Positions 62,006 to 64,000 of a stretch of DNA of 64,000 nt are shown here, one piece after another. Source of the stretch: Planctomycetota bacterium (GTDB taxonomy: Bacteria > Planctomycetota > SZUA-567 > H5-PLA8). Location of the stretch: the NCBI GenBank assembly GCA_038227875.1, contig JBBRPR010000051.1, positions 1-64,000 of the forward strand, in the 5' to 3' direction. A model generated the notes under the pieces. It saw nothing but the letters and a program-made list of their open reading frames with translations. It did no database searches and was not told the origin of the DNA. Each line of letters starts with the position of its first letter. Position 1 is the first letter of the stretch. The position numbers and the translations under genes were made by a program.

Positions 62006-64000
62006 TCACTTGTACATCACGACTCTCAGCAACGAGAGCAACTGTTCCGTGTCCACGGGCTTGGCAAGGTAGTCGGTCGCGCCGGCTTCGATGCACTTTT
62101 CGCGATCGCCCTTCATCGCTTTGGCCGTCACGGCGATGATCGGCAATTGCTTGAATTTATCCCGCTTGCGGATCTCGCGGATCGTGTCGTAGCCGTCCAT
62201 CGCCGGCATCATGATATCCATCAGCACCGCGTCAATGTTCGGTTCCTTCTCGATCAGCTTGATTGCGTCGGCGCCGTTTTCAGCGGAGAGCACATTGACC
62301 TTCTGCCGTTCCAGCACGCTCATCAGCGCGAAGATGTTGCGGATGTCGTCGTCGACAACCAGCACCTTTTTGCCGGCCAGCACCGAGTTGGTCTGCTGCA
62401 GCTTGTTGAAGATCTGCCTCATCGGGTCGGGAAGCTTGGAGATCTGGCGGTGCAGGAAGAGCGCCGAATCGAGCAGGATCCAGTCGGTTGACCGCGCCAC
62501 CTTGATCGGGTTGGTGTTCATCAGGTGCCGCAGGGATTCGTCTTCCATTTCGTCGAGCGGACGAATGGCGTTGAAGATGATCGGAATTTCGCGCAGCCGC
62601 GGTTCGCGGTTGATCGAGGCAAGCAGATTCACGCCGCTCATGTCCGGCAGGTCCTGGCTGATCGAGACGCAGTCGAAGTGACGGTCCATCATCGCCGTGA
62701 GCGCGCCCTTGGCCGTGCCTTCACCCTGCGCCTGCACGTCACTGGAGGCGATCAGTTCGACCAGCGTGCTGCGGAGCTTGTCGTCGCGCTCGACGATCAG
62801 CATGTTCTTGACCGGCCGCTGCGAGAACTGCTTGAGATGCGCGATCACATGTTCGAGCGGTTCGCGCGTCTTGATCGGCTTGTTGAGGTAACCCAGCGCG
62901 CCCTGCGCCAGTCCGCGCGCGCGTTCGTCGGCAGCAGAGATGATGAACACAGGAATATGCCGCGTATCGATGTCGTTCTTCAAGCGGTCGAGCACGCGCC
63001 AGCCGTCGATGTCGGGCAGGCGGATATCGAGCGTCACCGCCGATGGCTTGTATTCCCGCGCCAGCGCCACGGCCACTGCGCCGTGCGACGTGGCGATGAC
63101 CTTGAAGCCGTTCTCGCGGGCCAGGTCGACCATGATCCGCGCGAAACCCAGATCGTTGTCGACGATCAGGATCACCGGGTCGCCGTCGCGGATCGCGCCG
63201 CGATCGTCGCCGAGTTCATTGGTGAAAACCGATGGCGACGGAACTTCCGCGACCGCCGGGATATCGTACGCGGCCTTGGCTTTCAGGTCCTCTTCGATCG
63301 CCGAGGCCGAGACGCTGGTCGAGGTCGTGTTCTGCTTTTTGGCCGCCTTCGGCACGACGTAGTTCTTGGGCAGGTAGAGCGTGAACGTACTGCCGTGGCC
63401 GGGACTGCTGTTGAGCTTGATTTCGCCGCCGAGCATGCGCGAAATTTCGCGGCTGATCGCCAGGCCTAGTCCCGTGCCGCCGTATTTGCGGCTGGTGGAT
63501 CCGTCGGCCTGCTGGAACGCTTCGAAGATGATCTGCTGCTTGTCCGGATGAATGCCGATGCCCGTGTCGGTCACCGCGAAGGAGATCACCGACTTGGCGC
63601 GGTTGAGCGCTTCGTTTTCGTGACTCCAGCCTGACGTCACTGTTGAGATGTTCAGCGCCACCGTACCTTCTTCGGTGAATTTGAAGGCGTTGGAGAGCAA
63701 ATTCTTCAAGACTTGCTGCAAACGCTTGGCGTCGGTGTGCATCGTGCCCGGTACGCCGTGGGTCAGATCCAGAGCGAAATTGAGCCCCTTGTTTTCCGCG
63801 ACGTGACGGAAGGCACGGTCGAGATAGTCCTGCAGGTCGGTCAGCGCCAGGTCGCTGGGCTCGACGGTCACCGTACCGGATTCGATCTTCGAAAGGTCGA
63901 GGATGTCGTTGATCAGCGCCAGCAAATCGTTTCCGGAAGCGTGAATCGTCTTCGCGAAGTCGACCTGCTTGGGCGTCAGATTTCCGTCCTGATTGCGGTA
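62006..64000 (-). CDS. Large hybrid histidine kinase with three receiver domains (5' part outside the window)
   Basis: Frame is open to the window edge; [30 protein letters not shown], three REC domains. Confidence 0.93.
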   Translation of the reverse strand, partial: YRNQDGNLTPKQVDFAKTIHASGNDLLALINDILDLSKIESGTVTVEPSDLALTDLQDYLDRAFRHVAENKGLNFALDLTHGVPGTMHTDAKRLQQVLKNLLSNAFKFTEEGTVALNISTVTSGWSHENEALNRAKSVISFAVTDTGIGIHPDKQQIIFEAFQQADGSTSRKYGGTGLGLAISREISRMLGGEIKLNSSPGHGSTFTLYLPKNYVVPKAAKKQNTTSTSVSASAIEEDLKAKAAYDIPAVAEVPSPSVFTNELGDDRGAIRDGDPVILIVDNDLGFARIMVDLARENGFKVIATSHGAVAVALAREYKPSAVTLDIRLPDIDGWRVLDRLKNDIDTRHIPVFIISAADERARGLAQGALGYLNKPIKTREPLEHVIAHLKQFSQRPVKNMLIVERDDKLRSTLVELIASSDVQAQGEGTAKGALTAMMDRHFDCVSISQDLPDMSGVNLLASINREPRLREIPIIFNAIRPLDEMEDESLRHLMNTNPIKVARSTDWILLDSALFLHRQISKLPDPMRQIFNKLQQTNSVLAGKKVLVVDDDIRNIFALMSVLERQKVNVLSAENGADAIKLIEKEPNIDAVLMDIMMPAMDGYDTIREIRKRDKFKQLPIIAVTAKAMKGDREKCIEAGATDYLAKPVDTEQLLSLLRVVMYK

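Overview
GC-rich bacterial chromosomal window with about 50 genes. It is most consistent with an uncultured Planctomycetota-like organism (inference from the membrane-anchored ECF sigma factor, CehA/McbA-type hydrolase, PQQ-propeller and large PKD proteins). I found no rRNA, tRNA, CRISPR array or intact transposase. Ordinary content: two-component kinases, hemL, yjbQ, FKBP, acyl-CoA carboxylase beta, nrnA, acpS and an MdtABC-like RND pump. Most interesting signals: (1) three otherwise dissimilar secreted PKD proteins carry the same ~135-150 aa domain after the PKD, a candidate sorting or anchoring signal; (2) a CxxC...RAPP leader ORF heads a putative metal ABC/DUF3299 operon, a candidate metal-sensing ribosome-arrest switch; (3) a bacilliredoxin / Sm-like-IscA fusion / YgfZ-TPR cluster; (4) an N-acyl amino acid synthase / membrane-tethered ECF / methyltransferase / ThiF cluster converging on a formyltransferase / O-methyltransferase / desaturase / HTTM operon; (5) tandem sirtuins diverged mainly around the substrate loop, near a stand-alone lipoyl+E3-binding protein; (6) an MdtA hairpin lengthened symmetrically by about four heptads per arm; (7) REP/REPIN-like palindromes sharing a TCGCTACGCTCA loop, plus heptamer repeats beside genes. 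All family calls are by motif recognition and by-eye alignment; no database search was run.
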